Source: a virus (Duplodnaviria; Caudoviricetes). From it: 64,000 nt of DNA. The notes beneath the pieces were generated by a model that ran no database searches, was not told the origin of the DNA, and worked only from the letters and a program-made list of their open reading frames with translations. The translations under genes were made by a program, and so were the position numbers. Each line of letters starts with the position of its first letter. Position 1 is the stretch's first letter. Location of the stretch: positions 32,001 through 96,000 of the IMG/VR virus record IMGVR_UViG_2974638963_000001. One strand, written 5' to 3'. Positions 1-6,367 of the stretch are shown here, piece after piece.

Positions 1-71
1 TTTTAGTAGTAGATCCTTATCTCTCTTTATCTTATCAAAATCGATATTATCCATGTCTACTCCCATATGTT

Positions 72-148
72 TGGTATCGAGGGCGGGGATCGAACCCGCA
101 GAACCAGCATTTTAAGTGCTGTACGTTTGCCAATTACGTCACCTCGAC
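72..148 (-). tRNA. tRNA-Leu(TAA), short variable arm
   Basis: Cloverleaf: acceptor GTCGAGG/CCTCGAT, anticodon arm CAGCA-CT TAA AA-TGCTG, T-loop GGTTCGATCC, encoded CCA. Confidence 0.85.
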
Positions 149-149
149 A

Positions 150-317
150 TTAAATTATTAAATGTAAAGCTCCATGCATTGCACCACCAAGTAATCCTAC
201 CGAGGTTGCCGCAATAACTAAGCTAGGCATACCTTTAGGCTTCTTAAATGCTGAGTATAGCCCACCTGCACCCAGGCAGGTCATTAATAAAACTAACACT
301 AGCATTGGAGATATCAT
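150..317 (-). CDS. small hydrophobic (membrane) protein, 55 aa
   Basis: Read by hand: MISPMLVLVLLMTCLGAGGLYSAF...; AGGA SD upstream; fills the gap between two tRNAs. Confidence 0.6.
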   Translation of the reverse strand: MISPMLVLVLLMTCLGAGGLYSAFKKPKGMPSLVIAATSVGLLGGAMHGALHLII

Positions 318-333
318 TGTTTGTTCCTAAAAT

Positions 334-407
334 TGGAGCACCTTACTGGATTTTAACCAGTCTACGGAAGTTTGCAATTTCCTACCTAGTCACTCGGTCA
401 AAGGCGC
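334..407 (-). tRNA. tRNA-Cys(GCA), atypical T-loop
   Basis: Anticodon arm GGAAA-TT GCA AA-CTTCC, U73 discriminator, CCA; T-loop reads TTAAAAT. Confidence 0.8.
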
Positions 408-414
408 ATTGAAT

Positions 415-726
415 TTATTTTTGAGCAACGAATACTTCGATGCCTTTATCTAGCAGTTGGTCAAGTTCTACGTCAACTTTAATATCTAAGCCCTCTACAC
501 GAGCTTTAATACCTAATGCTGTACCCGTCCACGGATATTCGTGACCATGATCGTAGTCAACGCCACCGTATTCCCAAATCATTAACTTAAACTTGATACC
601 ATTGATCTTAACAGTATATTTCTTTTTGTCTTTGTAGTGAATATATACTGTCTCACCAGCTCCGTTAATAAAGAAGTAGCGGCGAGGTCCCCAATCTTGT
701 TCGAACTGCATTTTAAAAAAGTTCAT
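415..726 (-). CDS. hypothetical protein
   Basis: ORF track 415..813; start moved to ATG 726 (MNFFKMQ) behind AAGGAG SD. Confidence 0.7.
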   Translation of the reverse strand: MNFFKMQFEQDWGPRRYFFINGAGETVYIHYKDKKKYTVKINGIKFKLMIWEYGGVDYDHGHEYPWTGTALGIKARVEGLDIKVDVELDQLLDKGIEVFVAQK

Positions 727-765
727 AGTAAACTCCTTATAGAGTTGATTAAAGCTATATGTATA

Positions 766-924
766 TGGTCTCGTTGAAGCCCCTTCGGTATATTCCACGG
801 AGCAACCGAACAACCTAGACCCTTAAGATACTGACTCGCCAAAGCCAGGTGAGAAAACCACCTCTCACATCTCTGCATACTCAGTGTATCGCAGTCTTTT
901 TGTTGGCAGCTGGTTCTGGTCATT
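766..924 (-). ncRNA. candidate structured small RNA ending in CCA, enclosed by a 23-bp inverted repeat
   Basis: IR 742-765/925-947; internal stems GGTCT/AGACC, GTTG/CAAC, GCTCC/GGGGC, GTGAGA/TCTCAC; 3' end GAGACCA. Confidence 0.5.
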
Positions 925-1113
925 TATACATATACTTTAATCAACTCAGTTGACTAAAGGTGAGCATAGCCGAGTACTCACGTTGAATTAGTTAGATTCA
1001 TTTGTTTACGGTGCGAGCCACTTAAGGCGTCGGTTGGCGGAGCGCATTCTCCGTTCCCAACCCGTCTATGTTAGTTTCCTATGATAACTAAGCATTCTCT
1101 GCTAACATAAATT

Positions 1114-1503
1114 CTAAAATTTCCCTTCAAGAAGTAATAAGGAGAACTGCTCATTATGTCGCATAATCATCTCTTCTACTGCACTAGCCAATTCATTCTT
1201 GAAGTCAGGAGTCTGGTACAGGTCATATGCACCTAGTTGACTAGAGGCACCCTGTACCGCCTTATCCACAGCCTTTTCTAATATTGCATTTAATTGGGCA
1301 TCTGAATAACTAAAGTTGAAATGGGAGCGTGGGAAGTGAAGCTCATACTGTTTACCACAGTTGGTACATTTACCGTTCACCCAGATCTCACAGCAGCCGT
1401 CACAGCCATCACCCCCATCATAGAACGTAGTTCCGCCACAATCCTCACAAACGCATTGATACTTCTGGTCTGGTTTAGATTGTAATATCGCAGTTATTTT
1501 CAT
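1114..1503 (-). CDS. hypothetical protein with Cys-rich N-terminus (possible zinc ribbon)
   Basis: ORF track; CxCxxC...CxxCC...CxxC motifs. Confidence 0.7.
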   Translation of the reverse strand: MKITAILQSKPDQKYQCVCEDCGGTTFYDGGDGCDGCCEIWVNGKCTNCGKQYELHFPRSHFNFSYSDAQLNAILEKAVDKAVQGASSQLGAYDLYQTPDFKNELASAVEEMIMRHNEQFSLLLLEGKF

Positions 1504-1688
1504 TAGAACCTCGATGGATAAATTTCTTTCAGTTTAGACTTTACATAGCCAGTTTCATCACGAACAGCGTTTTCAAGTTGTAAAATGTAGTCATATACCG
1601 GTTTTGGTACAGCTATATGCTCGACAACACCATCACCTACTTGAACTGCTACATTACAATTACCATCTGAATACGGTCTAAAAGTCAT
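1503..1688 (-). CDS. hypothetical protein
   Basis: ORF track; GAGGA SD; directly downstream of promoter; stop/start overlap with next ORF. Confidence 0.7.
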   Translation of the reverse strand: MTFRPYSDGNCNVAVQVGDGVVEHIAVPKPVYDYILQLENAVRDETGYVKSKLKEIYPSRF

Positions 1689-1719
1689 TTCTTATTTCCT
1701 CATTTCAATTTATAAATAT

Positions 1720-1748
1720 ATTATAACTGAAATTTGTGTATTTGACAA
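1720..1748 (-). promoter_or_regulatory. sigma70-type T5 early promoter
   Basis: TTGTCA-17-TATAAT with A-rich UP element. Confidence 0.8.
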
Positions 1749-1756
1749 TTGATTTT

Positions 1757-1966
1757 TTAATTTAATATCCGTAAACTATCAAAGGACATTAGAGGTATTT
1801 CTTTAACAGGTACTTGTTCCATCACTGGAGTCTCTTCAAATACCTTTCGATCTACAAGAACTAACTGTTTACGAGTTGTTCTTTCAGGAATCTCCATAAC
1901 TAAAATACTTGGAGATTCTAGGATAATTGGCATTCGTAACAGTGAGATCTTTGCTCTACTACGCAT
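1757..1966 (-). CDS. hypothetical protein
   Basis: ORF track; AAGGA SD. Confidence 0.6.
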   Translation of the reverse strand: MRSRAKISLLRMPIILESPSILVMEIPERTTRKQLVLVDRKVFEETPVMEQVPVKEIPLMSFDSLRILN

Positions 1967-1984
1967 AGTAATTATCCTTAGAGT

Positions 1985-2060
1985 TGGCGCGGGCGAGGGG
2001 ACTCGAACCCCTGCTGTACGGGTTGGAAGCCCGACCGAATAGCCGCTATCTTACGCACGC
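1985..2060 (-). tRNA. tRNA-Gly(TCC)
   Basis: Anticodon arm TCGGG-CT TCC AA-CCCGT, T-arm GGGGTTCGAGTCCCC, CCA. Confidence 0.88.
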
Positions 2061-2374
2061 TTAAATAATTTTTTAAACAGAGTTTTTATCTCATCCCAAA
2101 GACTATTTATCTGAAAATCAGGTACAATTCTTTCTTTAGGAAACTCTGGCATCTTTGGTAACTTAATGCTCCGATTAAATTCCTGCTCGGCTTGATCTCT
2201 AGTTTTAGCTAGGCTAGAGAACAAAGTATAGGATTCACCAAGTTCATCCAGTTCCTGTAGTGTAATAGTTTGATTATCTTCTAAATAAACGAAATCAATA
2301 CCTTTCTTAGTAGTATAAACTTTACTTACTGGATACTTAAGGAGAATGTAATCCGACGCTAAGTATTTTTGCAT
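2051..2374 (-). CDS. hypothetical protein (stop codon inside tRNA-Gly)
   Basis: ORF track; coupled to upstream ORF. Confidence 0.7.
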   Translation of the reverse strand: MQKYLASDYILLKYPVSKVYTTKKGIDFVYLEDNQTITLQELDELGESYTLFSSLAKTRDQAEQEFNRSIKLPKMPEFPKERIVPDFQINSLWDEIKTLFKKLFKRA

Positions 2375-2742
2375 TAAAAATGTACCCTTGTTAATTTGAT
2401 TCCCATGTCAGCAAGAAACTGCTCTGCTGACATCATAGATGCTGCTGCCGATGGATTAGAAGTATGAATAAAGATCTCTTCTAATCTTGGCATATCTTCA
2501 AAGAAAATTAATGCTTCAATATGAGCAAAGATGTCTTTTCCTTCGATATCTTCACCAAGATCATTATCTAGGTGAATATGTGTAATTAAGTGCTTATCTC
2601 TTTCTATGAATCGATATGCTGAACCAGAATTAGTAGCTACCAGAATCTTACTATAATGATTATTGTCTGGTAAAAACTGCATAGGTAAACGTATGTCATC
2701 TACCCACAATAATAATTTATCTCTGACCACGAATAACCTCAC
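2374..2742 (-). CDS. cyclic-phosphate-processing receiver-like domain protein
   Basis: Motifs LWVDDIRxP, HLDNDLG..G, IHTSNP typical of the stand-alone phage REC-like family. Confidence 0.7.
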   Translation of the reverse strand: MRLFVVRDKLLLWVDDIRLPMQFLPDNNHYSKILVATNSGSAYRFIERDKHLITHIHLDNDLGEDIEGKDIFAHIEALIFFEDMPRLEEIFIHTSNPSAAASMMSAEQFLADMGIKLTRVHF

Positions 2743-2835
2743 TTGTAGTATCTAGCGCAGGTATTTTAACCATACCTACATCGTGGAACGTTGCCATAAT
2801 AATTATAACTACTAGAGTAATAACTGTTATATATT

Positions 2836-3018
2836 TCATTTAACTAACTCGATAGGTTGCTTACCATCCCAGTTAGAATCTGCTAGGACACGCTTGTAGA
2901 ATAAATAACCAATGTCACCTTGATCTTGTGGATTAGTAATGACTTTGCCTACATCCTTATCTGAAAAGTAAAATGCTTTTGCTGCGTCTGAACCTACGGA
3001 TAACTTGAAAGTTTCCAT
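2836..3018 (-). CDS. hypothetical protein
   Basis: ORF track; GGAGG SD. Confidence 0.65.
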   Translation of the reverse strand: METFKLSVGSDAAKAFYFSDKDVGKVITNPQDQGDIGYLFYKRVLADSNWDGKQPIELVK

Positions 3019-3037
3019 AAAACCTCCGTTTATAAAT

Positions 3038-3122
3038 TGGCGGGCGGTGTAGGATTTGAACCTACGTTGTCCTTTCGAACACGGATTAACAGTCCGTCGC
3101 TAAACCACTCAGCTAACCACCC
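3038..3122 (-). tRNA. tRNA-Asn(GTT) with long variable arm
   Basis: Anticodon arm ACGGA-CT GTT AA-TCCGT, extra arm GTTCGAAAGGAC, CCA. Confidence 0.88.
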
Positions 3123-3128
3123 TTAAAT

Positions 3129-3205
3129 TGGTACTGCGACCTGGGTTTGAACCAGGGAACCTCTCGATTATCAGTCAAGCGCTCTACCAACTGAGCTATC
3201 GCAGT
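3129..3205 (-). tRNA. tRNA-Ile(GAT)
   Basis: Acceptor ACTGCGA/TCGCAGT; anticodon loop CT GAT AA; CCA. Confidence 0.92.
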
Positions 3206-3311
3206 ATTAATTGTAAGAACACTCTTCGAATGCTCTTACAGTTAATTTTGTAAAACTAACTGGTGCACTCCTTTTCAAAGGATTTGGGTAAGCACGTACC
3301 CTCACGGTGTT

Positions 3312-3501
3312 TGGCGTTCTGGAACGGGGGTCGAACCCGCAAATACTAAGATCCTCATTCCTACTCACTGGTCTGCGTAGTCCAGCCCCTCGGTGCTATT
3401 GGATTCTTTTCTTCTGTACCCGAACCTAGTTACTATTTTAACCTCACAGCCTCAATCCACGCAGATGAAAGAGCTAAGCAACCTAGTTGTACAACCAGAC
3501 C
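3312..3501 (-). ncRNA. 190-nt tRNA-like RNA (acceptor stem, T-arm, CCA; large structured insert replacing the anticodon arm)
   Basis: 5' GGTCTGG pairs with 3' CCAGAAC-G-CCA; T-arm GCGGG TTCGACC CCCGT; nested stems TCTTTCAT/ATGAGGA, TCTGCGTGG/CTACGCAGA, GGATT/AATCC. Confidence 0.7.
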
Positions 3502-3507
3502 ATAATT

Positions 3508-3585
3508 TGGCACTGTAGAAGGGAGTCGAACCCTCAATGCTCCACCTTGAAAGGGTGGTGACTTTACCAGTTTGTCCACTACAGT
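3508..3585 (-). tRNA. tRNA-Glu(TTC)
   Basis: Anticodon arm CCACC-CT TTC AA-GGTGG; CCA. Confidence 0.92.
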
Positions 3586-3665
3586 ATAATCTAACTAAGA
3601 CTTGTAGGTCTGTTTCCACGGCTTAATTATCCGATTTGTCTCTACTCATTTACAAGTCTTAAAAT

Positions 3666-3750
3666 TGGTGCAGGATCGTGGACTCGAACCACGGAACCCC
3701 GAGGGGTGAAGATTTACAGTCTCCTGTCATTGCCGCTAGACTAATCCTGC
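3666..3750 (-). tRNA. tRNA-Tyr(GTA)
   Basis: Anticodon loop CT GTA AA, long variable arm ACCCCTCGGGGT, CCA. Confidence 0.92.
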
Positions 3751-3792
3751 TTAATTCATTTTATTAATTTCTTCTCTCAATTCAATATAAAT

Positions 3793-3821
3793 ATTATAAC
3801 AAATATTTTGGTATTTAACAA
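3793..3821 (-). promoter_or_regulatory. sigma70-type early promoter directly upstream of tRNA-Tyr
   Basis: TTGTTA-17-TATAAT, UP element. Confidence 0.8.
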
Positions 3822-3839
3822 TTGAATTTTTAAATAATT

Positions 3840-3915
3840 TGGAGCACACTACAGGATTCGAACCTGTGACCACTTCGTTCGTAGCGAAGAACTCTGTCCA
3901 CTGAGTTAAGCATGC
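3840..3915 (-). tRNA. tRNA-Arg(ACG)
   Basis: Anticodon arm CTTCG-CT ACG AA-CGAAG; CCA. Confidence 0.92.
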
Positions 3916-4082
3916 TTTTTATCTTTCCTTTGAGATCGTCTAAAACCTGTACCCTGGCAAGTCTCACATTCCCAAGTGTTATACTGAGTATCACCAGGCT
4001 CTGCATCATTTACTTCGCCCAAACCACGACATTCTGGACATTTACAGGCTTTTAACGCTTCTAGTAGTTCTAGGTATTTCAT
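3906..4082 (-). CDS. 58-aa DnaJ-type zinc-finger microprotein (not in ORF track)
   Basis: MKYLELLEALKACKCPECRGFG...WECETCQGTGF...; two CxxCxGxG motifs; AAGGA SD. Confidence 0.7.
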   Translation of the reverse strand: MKYLELLEALKACKCPECRGLGEVNDAEPGDTQYNTWECETCQGTGFRRSQRKDKKHA

Positions 4083-4097
4083 AGAATTTCCTTAAAT

Positions 4098-4173
4098 TGG
4101 TGCTGACGACAGGCATCGAACCTGCGACCTGATGCTTACAAGGCAACTGCTCTACCAACTGAGCTACGTCAAC
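4098..4173 (-). tRNA. tRNA-Thr(TGT)
   Basis: Anticodon loop CT TGT AA; canonical D and T arms; CCA. Confidence 0.92.
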
Positions 4174-4178
4174 GAATT

Positions 4179-4252
4179 TGGTACTCGCTGGAGGAATCGA
4201 ACCACCGCTTAGTCCGTGTAAAGGACTAGCACTACCGTTATACTAAGCGAGT
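4179..4252 (-). tRNA. tRNA-Val(TAC)
   Basis: Anticodon arm AGTCC-TT TAC AC-GGACT; CCA. Confidence 0.9.
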
Positions 4253-4253
4253 A

Positions 4254-4460
4254 TTAAATATGCCCTGCTTTCTTTAACTGTCTTTCCATATATTTCTGAC
4301 AGACTTTTTGCAGGTATCCGGATTTTGTATGTTCATACAGGACTCTCATTTTATTATGATATAGGGCAACCCCATCTTCACGAGTAGCTGTATAAACCAT
4401 AGTAACCATTCCGTATTTAGGCTCTGAGAGCCTGTAATTAAAACTTATTTTCTTAGACAT
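4254..4460 (-). CDS. hypothetical protein
   Basis: ORF track; AGGAG SD. Confidence 0.7.
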   Translation of the reverse strand: MSKKISFNYRLSEPKYGMVTMVYTATREDGVALYHNKMRVLYEHTKSGYLQKVCQKYMERQLKKAGHI

Positions 4461-4477
4461 GTAAGTCTCCTATAAAA

Positions 4478-4555
4478 TGGGGTGACGGACGGGACTTGAA
4501 CCCGCACATTCCCGAATCACAATCGGGGGCATTAAACCAATTCTGCTACCGCCAC
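4478..4555 (-). tRNA. tRNA-His(GTG)
   Basis: Anticodon arm CCCGA-TT GTG AT-TCGGG; C73; T (not G) at position -1. Confidence 0.92.
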
Positions 4556-4695
4556 ATCTAAGAGACCTCGTAAAGTGTCTTAGATGTAGGCGATAAAGCC
4601 TACACTAGATTTATGAATGCTCTTGTCAGTCACGAACATTGGAACATTACCGTTAATCTACAACGCCGCAAGCACCCCCTCACGGTGGAGACTTC

Positions 4696-4770
4696 TGGTG
4701 CACCATAGTGGTATCGAACCACTCTATCAGGCTCTTCAAACCTGCGCTAATCCATCTCAGCTAACGGTGC
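4696..4770 (-). tRNA. tRNA-Phe(GAA)
   Basis: Anticodon arm CAGGT-TT GAA GA-GCCTG; CCA. Confidence 0.9.
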
Positions 4771-4775
4771 GTATT

Positions 4776-4852
4776 TGGCAGGTATGACGGGGATCGAACC
4801 CGCTATCTCCGCAGTGACAGTGCGGTGTCTTGTCCATTTCGACCTCATACCT
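4776..4852 (-). tRNA. tRNA-Asp(GTC)
   Basis: Anticodon arm CCGCA-CT GTC AC-TGCGG; G73; CCA. Confidence 0.92.
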
Positions 4853-4858
4853 ATTGTT

Positions 4859-4934
4859 TGGTGGAGAAAAGGGGATTTGAACCCCTAACCGTCTGCTTGC
4901 AAAGCAGGTGCTCTACCAATTGAGCTACATCCCC
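4859..4934 (-). tRNA. tRNA-Ala(TGC)
   Basis: G3:U70 pair; anticodon loop TT TGC AA; CCA. Confidence 0.92.
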
Positions 4935-4941
4935 ATAAATT

Positions 4942-5018
4942 TGGTCTCGAATAAAGGATTTGAACCTTTGACCCCACCGCCCCAAACGGCGTACTCTACC
5001 AGACTGAGCTAATCCGAG
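4942..5018 (-). tRNA. tRNA-Pro(TGG)
   Basis: Anticodon loop TT TGG GG; C1-G72; CCA. Confidence 0.92.
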
Positions 5019-5230
5019 ATAATTTCACTACCTAGTTCGATATGAGCTATTTCTAGACGATCACCACGTTCCCAATCATCACACTGCATATCAACCTTTT
5101 CAAATATGAAGTCTTGACTTTCTTGACTAGTCATAGACTTCAAACTTTCAAATTCTTCATCAGTCAAAGATACTTCTGATGTTACTTCAATAACTTCTGT
5201 TGCATATACTTTATAAACACGTTTAGTCAT
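5009..5230 (-). CDS. hypothetical acidic protein (stop codon inside tRNA-Pro)
   Basis: ORF track 5009..5248; likely start MTKRVY behind AAGGA SD. Confidence 0.7.
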   Translation of the reverse strand: MTKRVYKVYATEVIEVTSEVSLTDEEFESLKSMTSQESQDFIFEKVDMQCDDWERGDRLEIAHIELGSEIISD

Positions 5231-5260
5231 TTTTATTTCCTTTCTCAAGTTTATAAATAT

Positions 5261-5289
5261 ATTATACAGTATATTTAAGCATTTAGCAA
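5261..5289 (-). promoter_or_regulatory. sigma70-type early promoter
   Basis: TTGCTA-17-TATAAT. Confidence 0.8.
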
Positions 5290-5311
5290 CTGATTTAATA
5301 AACTTTTTGCT

Positions 5312-5461
5312 CTACGCTAAGTTATAAATAAGTGAACTTATTTGGTCAGCACTTACTGAGAATAGTAAGGCATATACTGACTGGTCGTATCGCTCACCTA
5401 GTCTAACAAATATTAGTTTACCAGTGCCTTTATTTCTAGCAATGTATATTACATCATCCAT
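5312..5461 (-). CDS. hypothetical protein (49 aa)
   Basis: ORF track 5312..5506 trimmed to ATG after tRNA-Ser; GAGG SD. Confidence 0.55.
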   Translation of the reverse strand: MDDVIYIARNKGTGKLIFVRLGERYDQSVYALLFSVSADQISSLIYNLA

Positions 5462-5476
5462 AAAGACCTCAGAAAT

Positions 5477-5570
5477 TGGAGGAAGAAGCGGGGCTCGAAC
5501 CCGCACACCGTCTTTCGACAGCTACTAACTGTTTAGCAAACAGTTCCCTTACCATTAGGGTTACTCTTCC
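5477..5570 (-). tRNA. tRNA-Ser(GCT)
   Basis: Anticodon arm ACTGT-TT GCT AA-ACAGT, long variable arm, CCA. Confidence 0.9.
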
Positions 5571-5752
5571 TCTGTGTAAAACTTTAGTTCAGCTATTAAC
5601 TGCTGCATTTTAGCTTTTCGCTTATCATATCCAGCTTCCGGTTTTTCCGCATGTGCCTTATCTAATAGATCTAACATAACCTCAGCTAACGCTAGGGCGG
5701 CAAAACTCATTTTATTGATGCTTTCTTTAGCACCTAGTTTATCGTGTTCCAT
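5561..5752 (-). CDS. hypothetical protein (stop codon inside tRNA-Ser)
   Basis: ORF track; AGGA SD. Confidence 0.7.
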   Translation of the reverse strand: MEHDKLGAKESINKMSFAALALAEVMLDLLDKAHAEKPEAGYDKRKAKMQQLIAELKFYTEEE

Positions 5753-5796
5753 AATTTTATCCTATATTTTAATCCTGCGCCCCAGAGCTACAGTGT

Positions 5797-6270
5797 TTAG
5801 TAATCGTCGTCAAATTCGATTTCTTCGTTTAGGTTTTCGCTATTCGAGATAACGTGAACCCCAACATTAAATACCCTAGACAAATATTCTGCAATAAGCT
5901 GAGCCTCCTCAACTTTACAATTAACTTCATCGTAGAAGATGATCTCGCCTTTAGCATTGATATAACTTTGCTTAGTTATCTGGTACAGATCAGGCATTAA
6001 GTAATGGATAAAGTCCCACTCGTCAATCTGATCTTCAGTAAGGCTAGGTGCACCAGCAATTACGATACCTTTCTTAATCCATTCACGAAATACAGTTTCG
6101 ATATAGTCATAGTCTACGCTATCGTAGCAATGAGCAAATGGAACAAGATTAATATCTACTTCTGGGTGCTCTTCACACTCAATGCGCCAACCTGAGGCAT
6201 AACCGCCACCACAAGTCTCGCAGTCCATACTGTCGTGCAAACGAGTTACCCTAACATAAATCTGACCCAT
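5797..6270 (-). CDS. hypothetical acidic protein with CxxC
   Basis: ORF track 5797..6348 trimmed to MGQIYV (AGGAG SD) because the upstream part is tRNA-Lys. Confidence 0.7.
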   Translation of the reverse strand: MGQIYVRVTRLHDSMDCETCGGGYASGWRIECEEHPEVDINLVPFAHCYDSVDYDYIETVFREWIKKGIVIAGAPSLTEDQIDEWDFIHYLMPDLYQITKQSYINAKGEIIFYDEVNCKVEEAQLIAEYLSRVFNVGVHVISNSENLNEEIEFDDDY

Positions 6271-6287
6271 TGTATCTCCTAGAAAAG

Positions 6288-6363
6288 TGGTACGCCGTAT
6301 AGGAGTCGAACCTACAACCTCGGGATTAAAAATCCCTTGCTCTGCCAATTGAGCTAACGACGC
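6288..6363 (-). tRNA. tRNA-Lys(TTT)
   Basis: Anticodon arm AGGGA-TT TTT AA-TCCCG; CCA. Confidence 0.92.
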
Positions 6364-6367
6364 TGAA

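Noticed and set aside
1-66. Partial ORF running off the left edge on the minus strand
   Set aside because: Only 22 codons are visible, too little to assign.
723-923. 66-aa minus-strand ORF and the N-terminal extension of 415..813
   Set aside because: No SD, and both fall in the IR-enclosed structured element. The real gene start at 726 has AAGGAG.
3290-3312. HDV/theta ribozyme-like 'ACC-CTCAC-GGT' on the + strand
   Set aside because: It is antisense to the tRNA transcript, and a full P1/P2/P4 fold could not be built.
3312-3501. Call as tmRNA, or as an intron-containing tRNA
   Set aside because: No G3:U70 or A73, no resume/tag ORF, and only 190 nt. The insert lacks group I core motifs.
6271-6348. 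N-terminal extension of ORF 5797..6348 (likewise 5462..5506)
   Set aside because: These are translations of tRNA-Lys and tRNA-Ser sequence.
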